Assembly (NCBI GenBank): GCA_018266075.1
Contig: JAFEBB010000038.1
Span: forward strand, 1-64,000
Origin: Deltaproteobacteria bacterium
Lineage (GTDB): Bacteria > Myxococcota > Myxococcia > Myxococcales > SZAS-1
Direction: 5' to 3'
Length of the DNA stretch: 64,000 nucleotides
Position 1 is the stretch's first letter, and each line of letters opens with the position of its first letter. Both the position numbers and the translations under genes were made by a program. The notes beneath the pieces are model-generated. The model did not search any database, was not told where the DNA came from, and was given only the letters and a program-made list of their open reading frames with translations. Positions 1 to 9,375 of this stretch are shown here, one piece after another.

Positions 1-46
1 AACGTGCGGGCGTCGATCGCTTGCTGGCTGTTACCCGGACAGGCTC

Positions 47-841
47 CTAGCGGCCGCCCACCCAGGCCATCAGGATCGACTCGGGGATCTTCTGGGCGAT
101 GGCCTGCGAGCTCCGGTCGTCGACGGCGGGTGGCCCGACGACCGAGCGCGTCGTCGCGTGCAGATCGATCCCGCCCAGCGCCACGTTGCCCTTGTGGAGC
201 CAGCGGGCCGAGGCCACGAAGTCGCAGCCGGAGAGGTTCTGGGCGAGATACCCCTCGCCCTTGAGAACCTTGCAGCCGCTGGAGACGATGGCGAACTCGT
301 CCTCGCCGGCGGTCGCGCTCGCGTCCACGCCCAGGCCCTTGAGCTCGGCCACGGCCTGGTCCACCAGGAGCTGCGCCGCCTCGGGCGGCCACTCCTTCGC
401 GTTCAACGTGACCTTCACCTTGCGCGCGAACATCCCCTTGATCGCCGGGTCGGCGGCGACGATTCGCTCCACCAGCGCATCGGCGCGCGGCCCAAGGGCG
501 GAGCGGAGGCGCAGCTCGCGCGAGGTCGGCCGGTCCAGCGCCCGGATGAGCTTCTTGAGGTCCGCGGCGGTCTTGGCGCGGGTCGAGAGCGTGTCCCAGG
601 ACTCGAGCTCGGTGGCCTCCTGCGCGTAGATGCCGAGCTCCTCCTTCTTGTCCGCAGGAACGGTGGCCTTGTTGTCCTGGATGAACTGGCGGACGGCCTT
701 GGCCGCCGAGCCGTACTCGCCATCCTGGACCGAGGTCTTCACGGCGTCGTCGATCGCGTTCTCGGCGTCGCGGAACTTCTCGTGGGCCGGATCGTCCGCG
801 GCCAGGACCACCATCAGCGCCATGCCACATGCGGTGAGCAT
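47..841 (-). CDS. hypothetical secreted protein (N-terminal hydrophobic signal-like segment MLTACGMALMVVLAA)
   Basis: ORF 47..856(-) has protein-like composition, unlike the overlapping Arg/Ala-rich frames. The start is taken at the internal Met preceding a hydrophobic stretch. No recognisable catalytic motif. Confidence 0.45.
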   Translation of the reverse strand: MLTACGMALMVVLAADDPAHEKFRDAENAIDDAVKTSVQDGEYGSAAKAVRQFIQDNKATVPADKKEELGIYAQEATELESWDTLSTRAKTAADLKKLIRALDRPTSRELRLRSALGPRADALVERIVAADPAIKGMFARKVKVTLNAKEWPPEAAQLLVDQAVAELKGLGVDASATAGEDEFAIVSSGCKVLKGEGYLAQNLSGCDFVASARWLHKGNVALGGIDLHATTRSVVGPPAVDDRSSQAIAQKIPESILMAWVGGR

Positions 842-936
842 TTCGTTCCCTCCCAAGGGCCACCCGCCCAGGTGAATCGTCCGCGCCGGAGACGCGAACT
901 TGGGACACCTGCGCGGGTACGCTAGATTTTAGACGC

Positions 937-2709
937 TTGCTCCCGCACCACGCTCGCCTCATCGCCATCGTCGTCACCGCGCTCGCTTCGCTGGGCTGCT
1001 CGCGCAACTTCTCCACTGCGCCGGGGACGACCGAGCTTGGCCGCGCCTGCGACAACGACCTCGCCTGCGTCTCGGGGGTCTGCGCCGACGGCGTGTGCTG
1101 CGACCAGGGCTGTGGCGGGACGCGCGCCTGCAACCTGCCCGGGAAGGTGGGCACCTGCAGCGACCGCTCGCCGGGGACGCCTTGCAGCAGCTCCGCCCAG
1201 TGCCCCACCGGCTTCTGCCGCGACGGCGTGTGCTGCCTCACGGCGTGCAGCGACAACTGCATGAGCTGCAACGTGGGCAACGACGCCGGCACCTGCCTGC
1301 CCGCGCCCGACAACACCGACCCGCACCGCGACTGCGGCTTCTGCGCGGCGTGCTTCGCGGGCAACTGCGGCCCGGCGTTCGCCAACACCGACCCGCACCA
1401 CGACTGCGTGGACGCGGGCACGACCTGCTACGGGAACTTCTCGCTCAGCGCTGGCGACGACGCCTGCGGCATCGAGGACACCTACGCCTGCAGCGACGAC
1501 AGCTGCGCGGGCAACAACAGCTACTGCATCGCCTGGTCGTGCATGGAGTCGGCGTACTTCCACGTCGACGACTACCCCTTCCTGCGCACCGACCTCCACC
1601 GCACGCCGCTGGCGATGGCCGTGGGCCCGGGCGGCGACACCGCGGTCCTGGTGAACACCGACGACGGCCTGGAGGTCGACGGCGGCTACCTGGGCAGCGT
1701 GGTGGCCGCTGTGGCCCCCTCTTCCTCTGGCCCGTGGACCGCGGCCTCCGTGGAGTTCAATGCCGAGGGGCGTCGGTTGGGCGCGGTGGCCTTCACCGGC
1801 GACATCGCCCACTTCGCGGTGGGGAGCGCCATCGTCCCGGGCTCGGACGTCGCGGAGCTCTACGGCTACTCGGGGATCTACGTTCAGGCCATCAGCTCGC
1901 TCGGCGAGGCCCAGGGCTTCGACACACCCGACCCGAACGCGGTGAACACCACCCAGATCGCGCTCGACGCCGACGCCCAGGGCCGCTTGACGCTCGCCTC
2001 CATCACCGACGCCGGCGAGCTCCGCGTGACCAAGCTGGGAAGCAATGGCCTCTGGGGCGGTGTGCTCACCTACGAGCTGGGCGCGTCGGGCGTGGCGCTC
2101 GCGCCGGTGGGGGGCGAGACCCAGCTCTTCTACGTGGCCAGCGGCGAGCTGGTGCTCTCGCTCCAGGACGGCGGCGGGGAGGTCGCGCCCGGCCTCCCCG
2201 GCGATTGCACGGGCCCGCTCCACGCCTCCACCGCGCCCGACCCGGACGGCGGCGACGCGGTGGGCCTCACCCTCAGCTGCGACGGCGGCTGGCCCTACCT
2301 GGTGGCCTTCGCGCCGGCGCGGGCCGACTCGCCGCGGTGGCTGGTGGAGCCCGCCCCCGCGGAGTCGCCGCTCTATGGCCTGGAGGACGACGGCGTGACC
2401 ACCGGGCCGCTCTCCCAGTTCCTCCCCTCCGGCGGCCGCGCGGGGACCCCGATCTTCACCGCGCTCGATCCTGGCGACCTGCCTGGCTCGCCCCGCGGCG
2501 GCTACACCCAGACGATGTGGATGAGCCCGGACGGCGGCTTCGCGTACACCTACTACTCGCCTGCGGACAACGGCTACCGCTACCAGAGCATGGCCGCCTG
2601 CGGCTCCAACACCGGCGCGCCCCTGTCCGCGTTCGACAGCGTGGTGGACATCGACGGCGGCACCACCACCAACAACTCCACGCTGCTCATCCAGGTCTAC
2701 TTCCCCTGA
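937..2709 (+). CDS. Cys-rich repeat lipoprotein (repeated C-x-x-G-x-C-C / CxxC modules), secreted
   Basis: Signal peptide with lipobox (ALASLGC). Multiple repeats such as CVSGVCADGVCCDQGC and CPTGFCRDGVCC. Long non-repetitive C-terminal half. Confidence 0.6.
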   Translation: MLPHHARLIAIVVTALASLGCSRNFSTAPGTTELGRACDNDLACVSGVCADGVCCDQGCGGTRACNLPGKVGTCSDRSPGTPCSSSAQCPTGFCRDGVCCLTACSDNCMSCNVGNDAGTCLPAPDNTDPHRDCGFCAACFAGNCGPAFANTDPHHDCVDAGTTCYGNFSLSAGDDACGIEDTYACSDDSCAGNNSYCIAWSCMESAYFHVDDYPFLRTDLHRTPLAMAVGPGGDTAVLVNTDDGLEVDGGYLGSVVAAVAPSSSGPWTAASVEFNAEGRRLGAVAFTGDIAHFAVGSAIVPGSDVAELYGYSGIYVQAISSLGEAQGFDTPDPNAVNTTQIALDADAQGRLTLASITDAGELRVTKLGSNGLWGGVLTYELGASGVALAPVGGETQLFYVASGELVLSLQDGGGEVAPGLPGDCTGPLHASTAPDPDGGDAVGLTLSCDGGWPYLVAFAPARADSPRWLVEPAPAESPLYGLEDDGVTTGPLSQFLPSGGRAGTPIFTALDPGDLPGSPRGGYTQTMWMSPDGGFAYTYYSPADNGYRYQSMAACGSNTGAPLSAFDSVVDIDGGTTTNNSTLLIQVYFP

Positions 2710-3461
2710 GTGAGCGCCTGGAGGGGCCCGAGCCCCTTCAGCGGCGCGGTGTGGGCCGGCGCGAGAAACGTCACCTCTTTCGGATCGAGCTTGTTCAGCA
2801 GCCCCGCCAGCGAGGCCTTGGCCTGCGCGGCGTCGTCGGAGAAGGCCCAGACGGCGCCCTTGAGCTTGCCCTCCGAAGTCGCCGCGGCGGAGTCGCCCAG
2901 GAAGAGCACGCCGCGCGCGAGGTACGCCGCCGAGCCCTGGGTGTGGCCGGGGATGAGGAACGCCTTCACCGTGAGCGGGCCGATGTTCGTGCTCTCTCCG
3001 TCCGCGAGCAGGTGCGTGAAGCGCACGCCCGAGTCCTTCTTGCCGAAGAAGCGCACGATGGGGCCGCGCGGGCCGGCGGTGCCGTCCATGAGCCCCGCCT
3101 CGGCGCCGAAGCCGTAGACGTCCGCCTTCGGGAACAGGTGCACGGCCGCGAGGTGATCACCGTGGCCGTGGGTGAGGAAGATGGCCTTCACCGCGTCCGG
3201 GCCCAGCTTCCGGCGCGCCAGCTCCGCGAGGAGCGCCTTGCCCTCGGGGTCGGTGCCGGCGTCGATGAGCACCACCTGGCCGTCGCCCGCTTCGAGCACG
3301 AAGAAGGAGACGAAGCCGTCCTTCACCTGGCGCACGCCCGGCACCGGTTCGGCGCCGTCGACGATCTCCGCGTTGCCCGCGAAGGCGCTGGCCATCACCG
3401 CGCCAAAGAAGCCGAGCACGAGCAGCACCACCGCGCCCACGCCAATGAGGACCTTCTTCAT
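2697..3461 (-). CDS. metallo-beta-lactamase fold hydrolase (secreted)
   Basis: Signal peptide MKKVLIGVGAVVLLVLG, the canonical THGHGDH metal-binding motif, and a later GHTQGS motif. Confidence 0.75.
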   Translation of the reverse strand: MKKVLIGVGAVVLLVLGFFGAVMASAFAGNAEIVDGAEPVPGVRQVKDGFVSFFVLEAGDGQVVLIDAGTDPEGKALLAELARRKLGPDAVKAIFLTHGHGDHLAAVHLFPKADVYGFGAEAGLMDGTAGPRGPIVRFFGKKDSGVRFTHLLADGESTNIGPLTVKAFLIPGHTQGSAAYLARGVLFLGDSAAATSEGKLKGAVWAFSDDAAQAKASLAGLLNKLDPKEVTFLAPAHTAPLKGLGPLQALTQGK

Positions 3462-3507
3462 GCCGCCTCCGGAAAATCGCGAGGCGGCAAGGATGGTCGC
3501 GGCGAAC

Positions 3508-4128
3508 CTAGAAGTCGAGCCGCAGCTGAGCGCCCGCCAGCGCGCCTGGTGCCGAGGGCAGCAGCTTCAGCGCGCCGACCTTGAGGCCCGGGCTCACCGG
3601 CTCGCCGCCGCCACCGCTGGCCTGGGTCACCACGCCGCCCACGAGCAGGCCCACCCCAGCGAGCTGGATGGCGCCGTCCATGATCACCAGGCCCTCGAAG
3701 GCCACGTTGTGGATGCGCTCGTGCTGGGTGAAGAAGATCGCCGGCCCCGCGATGGGGATGTAGAGCACGGCCGTGCCCGTCTTGGGACACGGCCCCGAGC
3801 TGGTGGAGGTGATGACCGAGCCCACGTCGCTGACGGCGCAGCCGAAGAAGTTGGTGGTCTCGCCCAGCATCGCCGTGCCGGCCGCAGCAGCGTAGCCCGC
3901 GACCACGATGCCGGCGCCCACCGCATAGAAGGTCTCGGCGCGGAGCGCATCGTCGCGCTGCTGCTCCTGGGCGTAGCCGTTCGGATTCCAGGGGATGGGC
4001 GGCGAGTCGCTCGAGCTCGCCGGGACATCGGCCAGGCGAAGGCGCGGCGATTGCGCGAACGCCAGCGACGGCGCCACAGCGAGCGCGAGCCACAACGCGA
4101 ATCGAACGCTGACCGGCGGCTTTGGCAC
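3508..4128 (-). CDS. hypothetical secreted/membrane protein
   Basis: Signal peptide (LALAVAPSLAFAQSP) and Gly/Ala-rich hydrophobic segments. No known motif. Confidence 0.4.
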   Translation of the reverse strand: MPKPPVSVRFALWLALAVAPSLAFAQSPRLRLADVPASSSDSPPIPWNPNGYAQEQQRDDALRAETFYAVGAGIVVAGYAAAAGTAMLGETTNFFGCAVSDVGSVITSTSSGPCPKTGTAVLYIPIAGPAIFFTQHERIHNVAFEGLVIMDGAIQLAGVGLLVGGVVTQASGGGGEPVSPGLKVGALKLLPSAPGALAGAQLRLDF

Positions 4129-4191
4129 GCGCGCCTCCCGCTTTCAGCCTAGGCGGGATGGAGGCCGGGTCAAAATCCAGCCCGGCGAGTG

Positions 4192-4431
4192 CTACGGCTG
4201 GGCGCCGCGCAGGAGCGCCTCCACCATCAGCGAGTGGCCGATCATCTTCGACAGCCCGCCCAGCCCGATGAGGTGGTTGGCGAGCTGCTTGAGGTGGTCG
4301 GGCGTCTCGATGCGCGCAAGGCCAAGGCCGGCCAGCGCGCCGCGGAACGTCTCCGCGCCCTTGGGCTCGCCCAGCATCTTGGAGAGCTTGGTGATCGCGA
4401 TGTCGGCCAGCGGATTTTCGCCAGGGGTCAT
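4192..4431 (-). CDS. small hypothetical protein (79 aa) downstream of the diiron protein
   Basis: Sits 10 nt downstream of 4441..5352 on the same strand. Composition is protein-like. Confidence 0.3.
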   Translation of the reverse strand: MTPGENPLADIAITKLSKMLGEPKGAETFRGALAGLGLARIETPDHLKQLANHLIGLGGLSKMIGHSLMVEALLRGAQP

Positions 4432-4440
4432 GAGAACGCG

Positions 4441-5352
4441 CTACAGCAGCGAGGCGGCCTTCTGCGACACGCGGGCATCGTCACCGGGGAAGAGCTCGTG
4501 CACCACCTCGAGGAACGTGGGGTTGGTGATGCCGTAGGTGATGAAGGTGCGCCGGTAGGTGGTGACCTGCGAGTCGAGCACCTGCTTCTTCTCGCGCTCG
4601 TTCAAGGTCCGGCCGGTGGCGCGCTCCAGGCTGGCCACGTCGAACGCCGCCTGCTGGCTGAGAAGGCCGTCGAGCGCGACGAGCAGGTCCAGGTAGTCGG
4701 TGATGGCGCGCTTGCGGGCCTCGGCGTCGGCGGTCTGGGCGAGCTTGCGCAGGCGGAGCGCGTCGAGCTTGGCGTGCTGCGCCTCCTCGAGCCAGTGGCT
4801 CTTCAGCATCTGCTTGAAGTGCGGGTCGAGGTCCTCCTGGTCGTTGTCCTGGAAGCACTGCACGTAGTGCTGCTGGGTCATCACCTCGAGGTGCAGGGTG
4901 ATGAGCATGACGGCCATGGGGCTCTTGGCGAGGATCACCCCGGCCACGGCCTCGGGCGAAGGCAGGACTTCGCAGTTGCTCCCGAAGCTCTTGGCGAAGG
5001 CGGCGCACGCGCGCTTGAAGAGCTGCTGGTGCTTCACCTCTTCCTCGGCGAAGCGGAGCATGGCGCGCAGCGCGGAGTCGTCGCCGAAGACCTCGGAGTC
5101 CACGTGCTGCACGCAGGTGGCGATGATGTACTCCTCCACGAAGCTGAAGAGGTACAGGTACGCGTTCCCGCGGATCTGGTTCAGCTTGAGCTTCTCCGCC
5201 TCGGAGAGGCAGTCGACGCCGTCGAGGCCGACCAGCGTCTCGGGCAGGAAGCGCCGCTTGAAGTCGAGCTGGGCGTCCTTCGGGAGCACGTCGTCGAGCT
5301 TCCAGGCCACGCGCTCGGACGTGCTGATGCAGAAGTCGTAGTCGAATTTCAT
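4441..5352 (-). CDS. ferritin-like diiron-carboxylate oxygenase (AurF-like family)
   Basis: Four-helix diiron ligand pattern E / ExxH / E / ExxH (FVEEY, EEEVKHQ, LHLEVMTQQH, LEEAQHAKL). Size is about 300 aa. Confidence 0.6.
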   Translation of the reverse strand: MKFDYDFCISTSERVAWKLDDVLPKDAQLDFKRRFLPETLVGLDGVDCLSEAEKLKLNQIRGNAYLYLFSFVEEYIIATCVQHVDSEVFGDDSALRAMLRFAEEEVKHQQLFKRACAAFAKSFGSNCEVLPSPEAVAGVILAKSPMAVMLITLHLEVMTQQHYVQCFQDNDQEDLDPHFKQMLKSHWLEEAQHAKLDALRLRKLAQTADAEARKRAITDYLDLLVALDGLLSQQAAFDVASLERATGRTLNEREKKQVLDSQVTTYRRTFITYGITNPTFLEVVHELFPGDDARVSQKAASLL

Positions 5353-5482
5353 CTCTCACCCCGTGAGTGGGCAGACTATTTGCCGCCCAACGCAGTGACA
5401 AGCAGGGGCCTCTGAAATCCCCGCGCAGGGCTTGGAAATCAGCGTCCACGCTGCTCGGCGCGAATCGCGCTAGCTTCAGGGA

Positions 5483-6928
5483 ATGCGCCTCGACCTGGTC
5501 TCCATTGCCCGCACCGCCATGAGCGACTACGGCCTCGTCGCCGACTTCGACGCCGCCGTCCGCAGCGAGCTCACCCACCTGCCGCCCCGCGCGCCCGTCG
5601 ATGGCGTGAAGCTCGACCTTCGAAACCTGCCCTGGTCCTCCATCGACAACCGCGAGTCGCGCGACCTCGACCAGATCGAGTGCGTGGAAGAGCTCGGCAA
5701 CGGCAAGGTGCGCGTGCGCGTGGGCATCGCCGACGTGGACGCGCTCGTGCACAAGAACTCCGCCATCGACAAGCACGCGTTCGCGAACACCACGTCGGTC
5801 TACACGGGCGCGGTGACATTCCCGATGCTGCCCGAGGTGCTCTCGACGGGCCTGACCTCGCTCAACGAAGACGAAGACCGGCTGGCGCTGGTGATCAGCT
5901 TCACCGTCGACGGCGACGGCGAGACCAGCGATCCCAGCGTCGAGCGCGCGATCGTGAAGAACCAGGCGCGGCTCACGTACATCGACATCGCCAACTGGCT
6001 CGACGGAAACGGCCCGGCGCCCGAGCGCGTGGCGCAGAGCTCGGAGCAGGCGCGGCAGCTCAAGCTGCAAGATCAAGTCGCGCAGCGGCTGCGCAAGCTG
6101 CGTCACGCGCGCGGCGCGCTGGAGCTGGAGACCATCGAGGCGCGGCCCATTGCCAAAGACGGCCAGGTCGTGGACCTCGAGCTCACCAAGAAGAACCGCG
6201 CCCGCGAGCTGATTGAAGACTTCATGATCGCGGCCAACACCACCATGGCGCGCTTCCTCGAGGCGCGCGGCGTGCCAGCGTTGCGACGGGTGGTGAAGCA
6301 GCCCGAGCGCTGGCAGCGCATCGCCGAGCTCGCGTCGACGCACGGCGTGACCTTGCCGGCCGAGCCGAGCGCGCGCGCGCTGGCCGCGTTCCTGGCGACG
6401 GAGCGCACGAAGGATCCAGTGCGCTTTCCGGATCTCTCGCTGTCGGTGGTGAAGCTGATGGGCGGCGGTGAGTACGCGGTGGAGCTGCCCGGCAAGGATC
6501 ACGACGGCCACTTCGGCCTCGCGGTGCAGGACTACACGCACTCCACGGCGCCCAACCGGCGCTTCGCGGATCTGGTGACGCAGCGATTGATGAAGTCGTG
6601 CGAGCTCGGCGAGACGTCGCCCTACTCCATCGACGAGCTGGCGCAGATCGCGCAGCGCTGCACCGAGAAGGCGTCGGAGGCGCAGCGGGTGGAGCGGCGC
6701 ATGCGCAAGGTGGCGGCGGCGCTCTTCCTCGCGGACCGCATCGGCCAGAATTTCGACGGCCTGGTCACCGGCGTGAACGAGAACGGCACCTTCGTGCGGC
6801 TGCTCGCGCCGCCGGCAGAAGGACGCGTCATCCGTGGCGAGCGTGGCATGGACGTGGGCGACAAGGTGAAGGTGAAGCTCGTCGCCACGAATCCGCAGAA
6901 GGGCTTCATCGACTTCGCGCGGGCCTAA
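5483..6928 (+). CDS. RNB-domain exoribonuclease (RNase II/R family) with C-terminal S1-like domain
   Basis: RNB catalytic-region-like motifs (DLDQIECVEELGNG, IADVDALV, FPMLPE, ELIEDFMIAAN) and a C-terminal S1-like segment (GLVTGVNENGTFVRL). The start could instead be the Met at 5519. Confidence 0.8.
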   Translation: MRLDLVSIARTAMSDYGLVADFDAAVRSELTHLPPRAPVDGVKLDLRNLPWSSIDNRESRDLDQIECVEELGNGKVRVRVGIADVDALVHKNSAIDKHAFANTTSVYTGAVTFPMLPEVLSTGLTSLNEDEDRLALVISFTVDGDGETSDPSVERAIVKNQARLTYIDIANWLDGNGPAPERVAQSSEQARQLKLQDQVAQRLRKLRHARGALELETIEARPIAKDGQVVDLELTKKNRARELIEDFMIAANTTMARFLEARGVPALRRVVKQPERWQRIAELASTHGVTLPAEPSARALAAFLATERTKDPVRFPDLSLSVVKLMGGGEYAVELPGKDHDGHFGLAVQDYTHSTAPNRRFADLVTQRLMKSCELGETSPYSIDELAQIAQRCTEKASEAQRVERRMRKVAAALFLADRIGQNFDGLVTGVNENGTFVRLLAPPAEGRVIRGERGMDVGDKVKVKLVATNPQKGFIDFARA

Positions 6929-7830
6929 GCGCCGAACAAGCCGCGGACGACCGCCGCGATCGCCAGCGGCGTCCCGATGAGCTCGTTGAAGTGGGGCAGG
7001 AGCGCATCCGAAAACGCGCGGGCCGTCGGAAAGCGCTCGTCCGGGTTGAGGCTGAGCGCCTTGTGCAGGAGCTCCGCGAGCGGCGGGAACACCTCGGGCC
7101 GCACCTCGGTCACCGGCCGCAGGTGCCCCGAGCGGATCTTGCGCGCGATCTCATCAGCCGTCGTGCCCGAGAACGGCCGCTCCAGCGTGAGCAGCTCGTA
7201 GAGCGTCACCGCGGCGGCCCAGAGATCGATGCTCGGGCCGAGCTTGCCGTCGAGCTGCTCGGGCGAGAGGTAGTACGCCTTGCCGAAGACCTTGTTCGGA
7301 CCGCTCGCGCCCTCGAGCGAGCGCACCTTGGCGATGCCGAAGTCGCCCAGCTTGATCTCGCCCACCCGCGAGATGAACATGTTCGACGGCGACACGTCGC
7401 AGTGCACCACGTGCAGCGCCTTGCCGCTCGGCGCGGTGAGGTTGTGGGCGTAGTCGAGCGCGTCGAGGAGCGTCTTCACCAGGAACACGGCGAAGTCGAT
7501 GGGCAGCTGGATGCGCCGCTGACGGCAGCGCGCGAGCACCTGGCCCAGGTCGCGCCCGTCGATGAAGTCCATGGCGATGAAGTAGGTGTCCTTCAGCACC
7601 CCAGCGTCGAGAACCTCGATCACGTTGGGGTGGTGCAGCATCCGCGAGAGATCCGACTCGTTGGTGAACAGCTCCACGTAGTGCGGATCCTTGGCGAGCT
7701 CGGGCATGAGCCGCTTGAGCGCCACGCGGCGGCCCGCAAACTTCCCCTCGTTGGCGGTGGCCCGATACACCTCGGCCATGCCGCCCTTGCCGATGAGTGC
7801 CTCGATCTCGTAGGGGCCGAACAGCGGCAC
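6925..7830 (-). CDS. Ser/Thr protein kinase, kinase domain only (301 aa), GTG start
   Basis: Kinase subdomains GKGGMAEV…VALK, HCDVSPSNMF (HRD-like), DFG (LGDFGIA) and SPE. An in-frame GTG lies 7 nt after a perfect AAGGAG. The upstream part of track ORF 6925..9324 is antisense to the TPR gene and is rejected. Confidence 0.75.
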   Translation of the reverse strand: MPLFGPYEIEALIGKGGMAEVYRATANEGKFAGRRVALKRLMPELAKDPHYVELFTNESDLSRMLHHPNVIEVLDAGVLKDTYFIAMDFIDGRDLGQVLARCRQRRIQLPIDFAVFLVKTLLDALDYAHNLTAPSGKALHVVHCDVSPSNMFISRVGEIKLGDFGIAKVRSLEGASGPNKVFGKAYYLSPEQLDGKLGPSIDLWAAAVTLYELLTLERPFSGTTADEIARKIRSGHLRPVTEVRPEVFPPLAELLHKALSLNPDERFPTARAFSDALLPHFNELIGTPLAIAAVVRGLFGA

Positions 7831-7847
7831 GCGCGCTCCTTGTCCGC

Positions 7848-8702
7848 TCAGTGGCTGTCCACGCCGGCCGCCTTCTTGAGGGCGGCATAGCGGGGATCGG
7901 CGCGCAGCGAGGCCAGGTCCTGGTCGTCGTCCATGGCCGAGAAGTCGTGGAACTTGTTCTTGGCCGAGAGCTGCAAGAACTTGAAGGCGAGGTCCTTGCG
8001 GCCGGTGACCGCGTGGATGCAGGCCATGTTGTAGTACGCGTCGCCGAAGTCCGGATCGGTCTCGACGGCCTTTTGATAGGCCCTGATCGCGTCCGGGTAC
8101 TCGTTGCGCATGTAGTGGGTCACGCCGATGCCGTTGTACGCCTCGGGCACGGGAGCGAGCGCCGCGGCCTTCTCGAACAGCTTGCGCGCCTGCTCGGGCT
8201 GGCCCACCTCGAGCTGCTTCTGGCCGTCGCCGAGCAGCTCCTGCACGCGCGCGAGCGTGGCCGGCGAGACCTTGGCGCGCGCGTCGGCGTGCGCGGGCGC
8301 GCCGGGGACGATCTTGCGCAGGGTCACGCCGCCCTTGCCGGGCGCCTTGGCGTGACACGCGTCGTTGCCGCGCTCCACGGCGCCCGAGAGCTGCGTGTTC
8401 GTGCCGTTGGCCATGAGCAGCGCCGAGAGCCACGACTCCTTGGCGGTGCACTGCGGGCCGTCGAGGCAGAGGCGAAGCTCGCCGGAGAACGTGCCGTCGA
8501 GGAGCGAGCCGTGCATCACCTCGGCGCCCTTCTGGAGCGCAGGGCAATCCGCGGCAGGCTCGGTGAGTTTGCCGATGACGCCGTCGCCGGTCTCGGTGAC
8601 CTGCACGGTACCCATGGGCATGCGCCAGTTGCCCGCCACCGAGGCCGCGTACGCGAAGCCGGGTGCGAGACAGATGACAGCTGCCGCGAGGGGTCGAAGC
8701 AC
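7848..8702 (-). CDS. secreted TPR-repeat protein
   Basis: Signal peptide MLRPLAAAVICLAPGFAYA. C-terminal TPR-like repeats (AYNGIGVTHYMRNEYPDAIRAYQKAVETDPDFGDAYYNMA). The stop is 17 nt upstream of the kinase start. Confidence 0.7.
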   Translation of the reverse strand: MLRPLAAAVICLAPGFAYAASVAGNWRMPMGTVQVTETGDGVIGKLTEPAADCPALQKGAEVMHGSLLDGTFSGELRLCLDGPQCTAKESWLSALLMANGTNTQLSGAVERGNDACHAKAPGKGGVTLRKIVPGAPAHADARAKVSPATLARVQELLGDGQKQLEVGQPEQARKLFEKAAALAPVPEAYNGIGVTHYMRNEYPDAIRAYQKAVETDPDFGDAYYNMACIHAVTGRKDLAFKFLQLSAKNKFHDFSAMDDDQDLASLRADPRYAALKKAAGVDSH

Positions 8703-8748
8703 GGCCCCATGCTAGGTCACAAAGCACGGGAATGGGGAGCCGCACGCG

Positions 8749-9372
8749 GTGTTCCGGCAGCCGGAGGGAGCCATGCACGCACGCGCGCAAAGATGGATTC
8801 GGGAGGCGATCTCGCTGGCCGTGACGCTCAGCGTCGTCCTGGTGGGCCGGGCGGCGCTCGCGGACCAATACGTCGTCCCGTCGGGATCGATGGAGCCGAC
8901 GGTCCAGGTGGGCGATCACGTCGTCGTTGCCAAGGCGAGCTACGGGATTCGCGTGCCGTTCACGGAGCAGTACCTGGTTCGCTTCCGGGCGCCGCAGCGG
9001 GGCGAGGTGGTGGTGCTCGACTCGCCCGAGGACGATCACGTGCTGCTCAAGCGCATCGCCGCGCTGCCGCGCGACGAGGTGGCCGTGCAGCATGGCGCGC
9101 TCATCGTGAACGGGGCGCAGGTGCCGTGGCGGCAGACGACGGATGGCGTGGAGGAGCTGAGCGACGCCGGCGCGCACCCGCTCGGGCTCGATCGCGGCGG
9201 CGGACCGGACTTCGGGCCCACGCGCGTGCCGGATGGGAAGCTGCTGGTGCTCGGCGATCACCGCGGCGATTCGCGAGATGGGCGGTACTTCGGATTCGTG
9301 GAGCAGCGAAGCGTGCTCGGGCACGCGCTGGGTGTGTTCTGGCGCGGCGGGCCGACGTGGCGAGGGTTGTAG
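8749..9372 (+). CDS. lepB: signal peptidase I
   Basis: SPase I boxes VPSGSMEPT (Ser nucleophile), the catalytic Lys region in VLLKRIAALPRDEV, and GDHRGDSRDGRYFG. The start may be the Met at 8773. Confidence 0.85.
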   Translation: MFRQPEGAMHARAQRWIREAISLAVTLSVVLVGRAALADQYVVPSGSMEPTVQVGDHVVVAKASYGIRVPFTEQYLVRFRAPQRGEVVVLDSPEDDHVLLKRIAALPRDEVAVQHGALIVNGAQVPWRQTTDGVEELSDAGAHPLGLDRGGGPDFGPTRVPDGKLLVLGDHRGDSRDGRYFGFVEQRSVLGHALGVFWRGGPTWRGL

Positions 9373-9375
9373 AGC

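Noticed and set aside
7831-9324. Upstream 498 codons of the 799-aa minus ORF fused to the kinase
   Set aside because: This part is antisense to the clearly motif-bearing secreted TPR gene (7848..8702) and to lepB. A GTG plus AAGGAG gives a proper kinase start at 7830.
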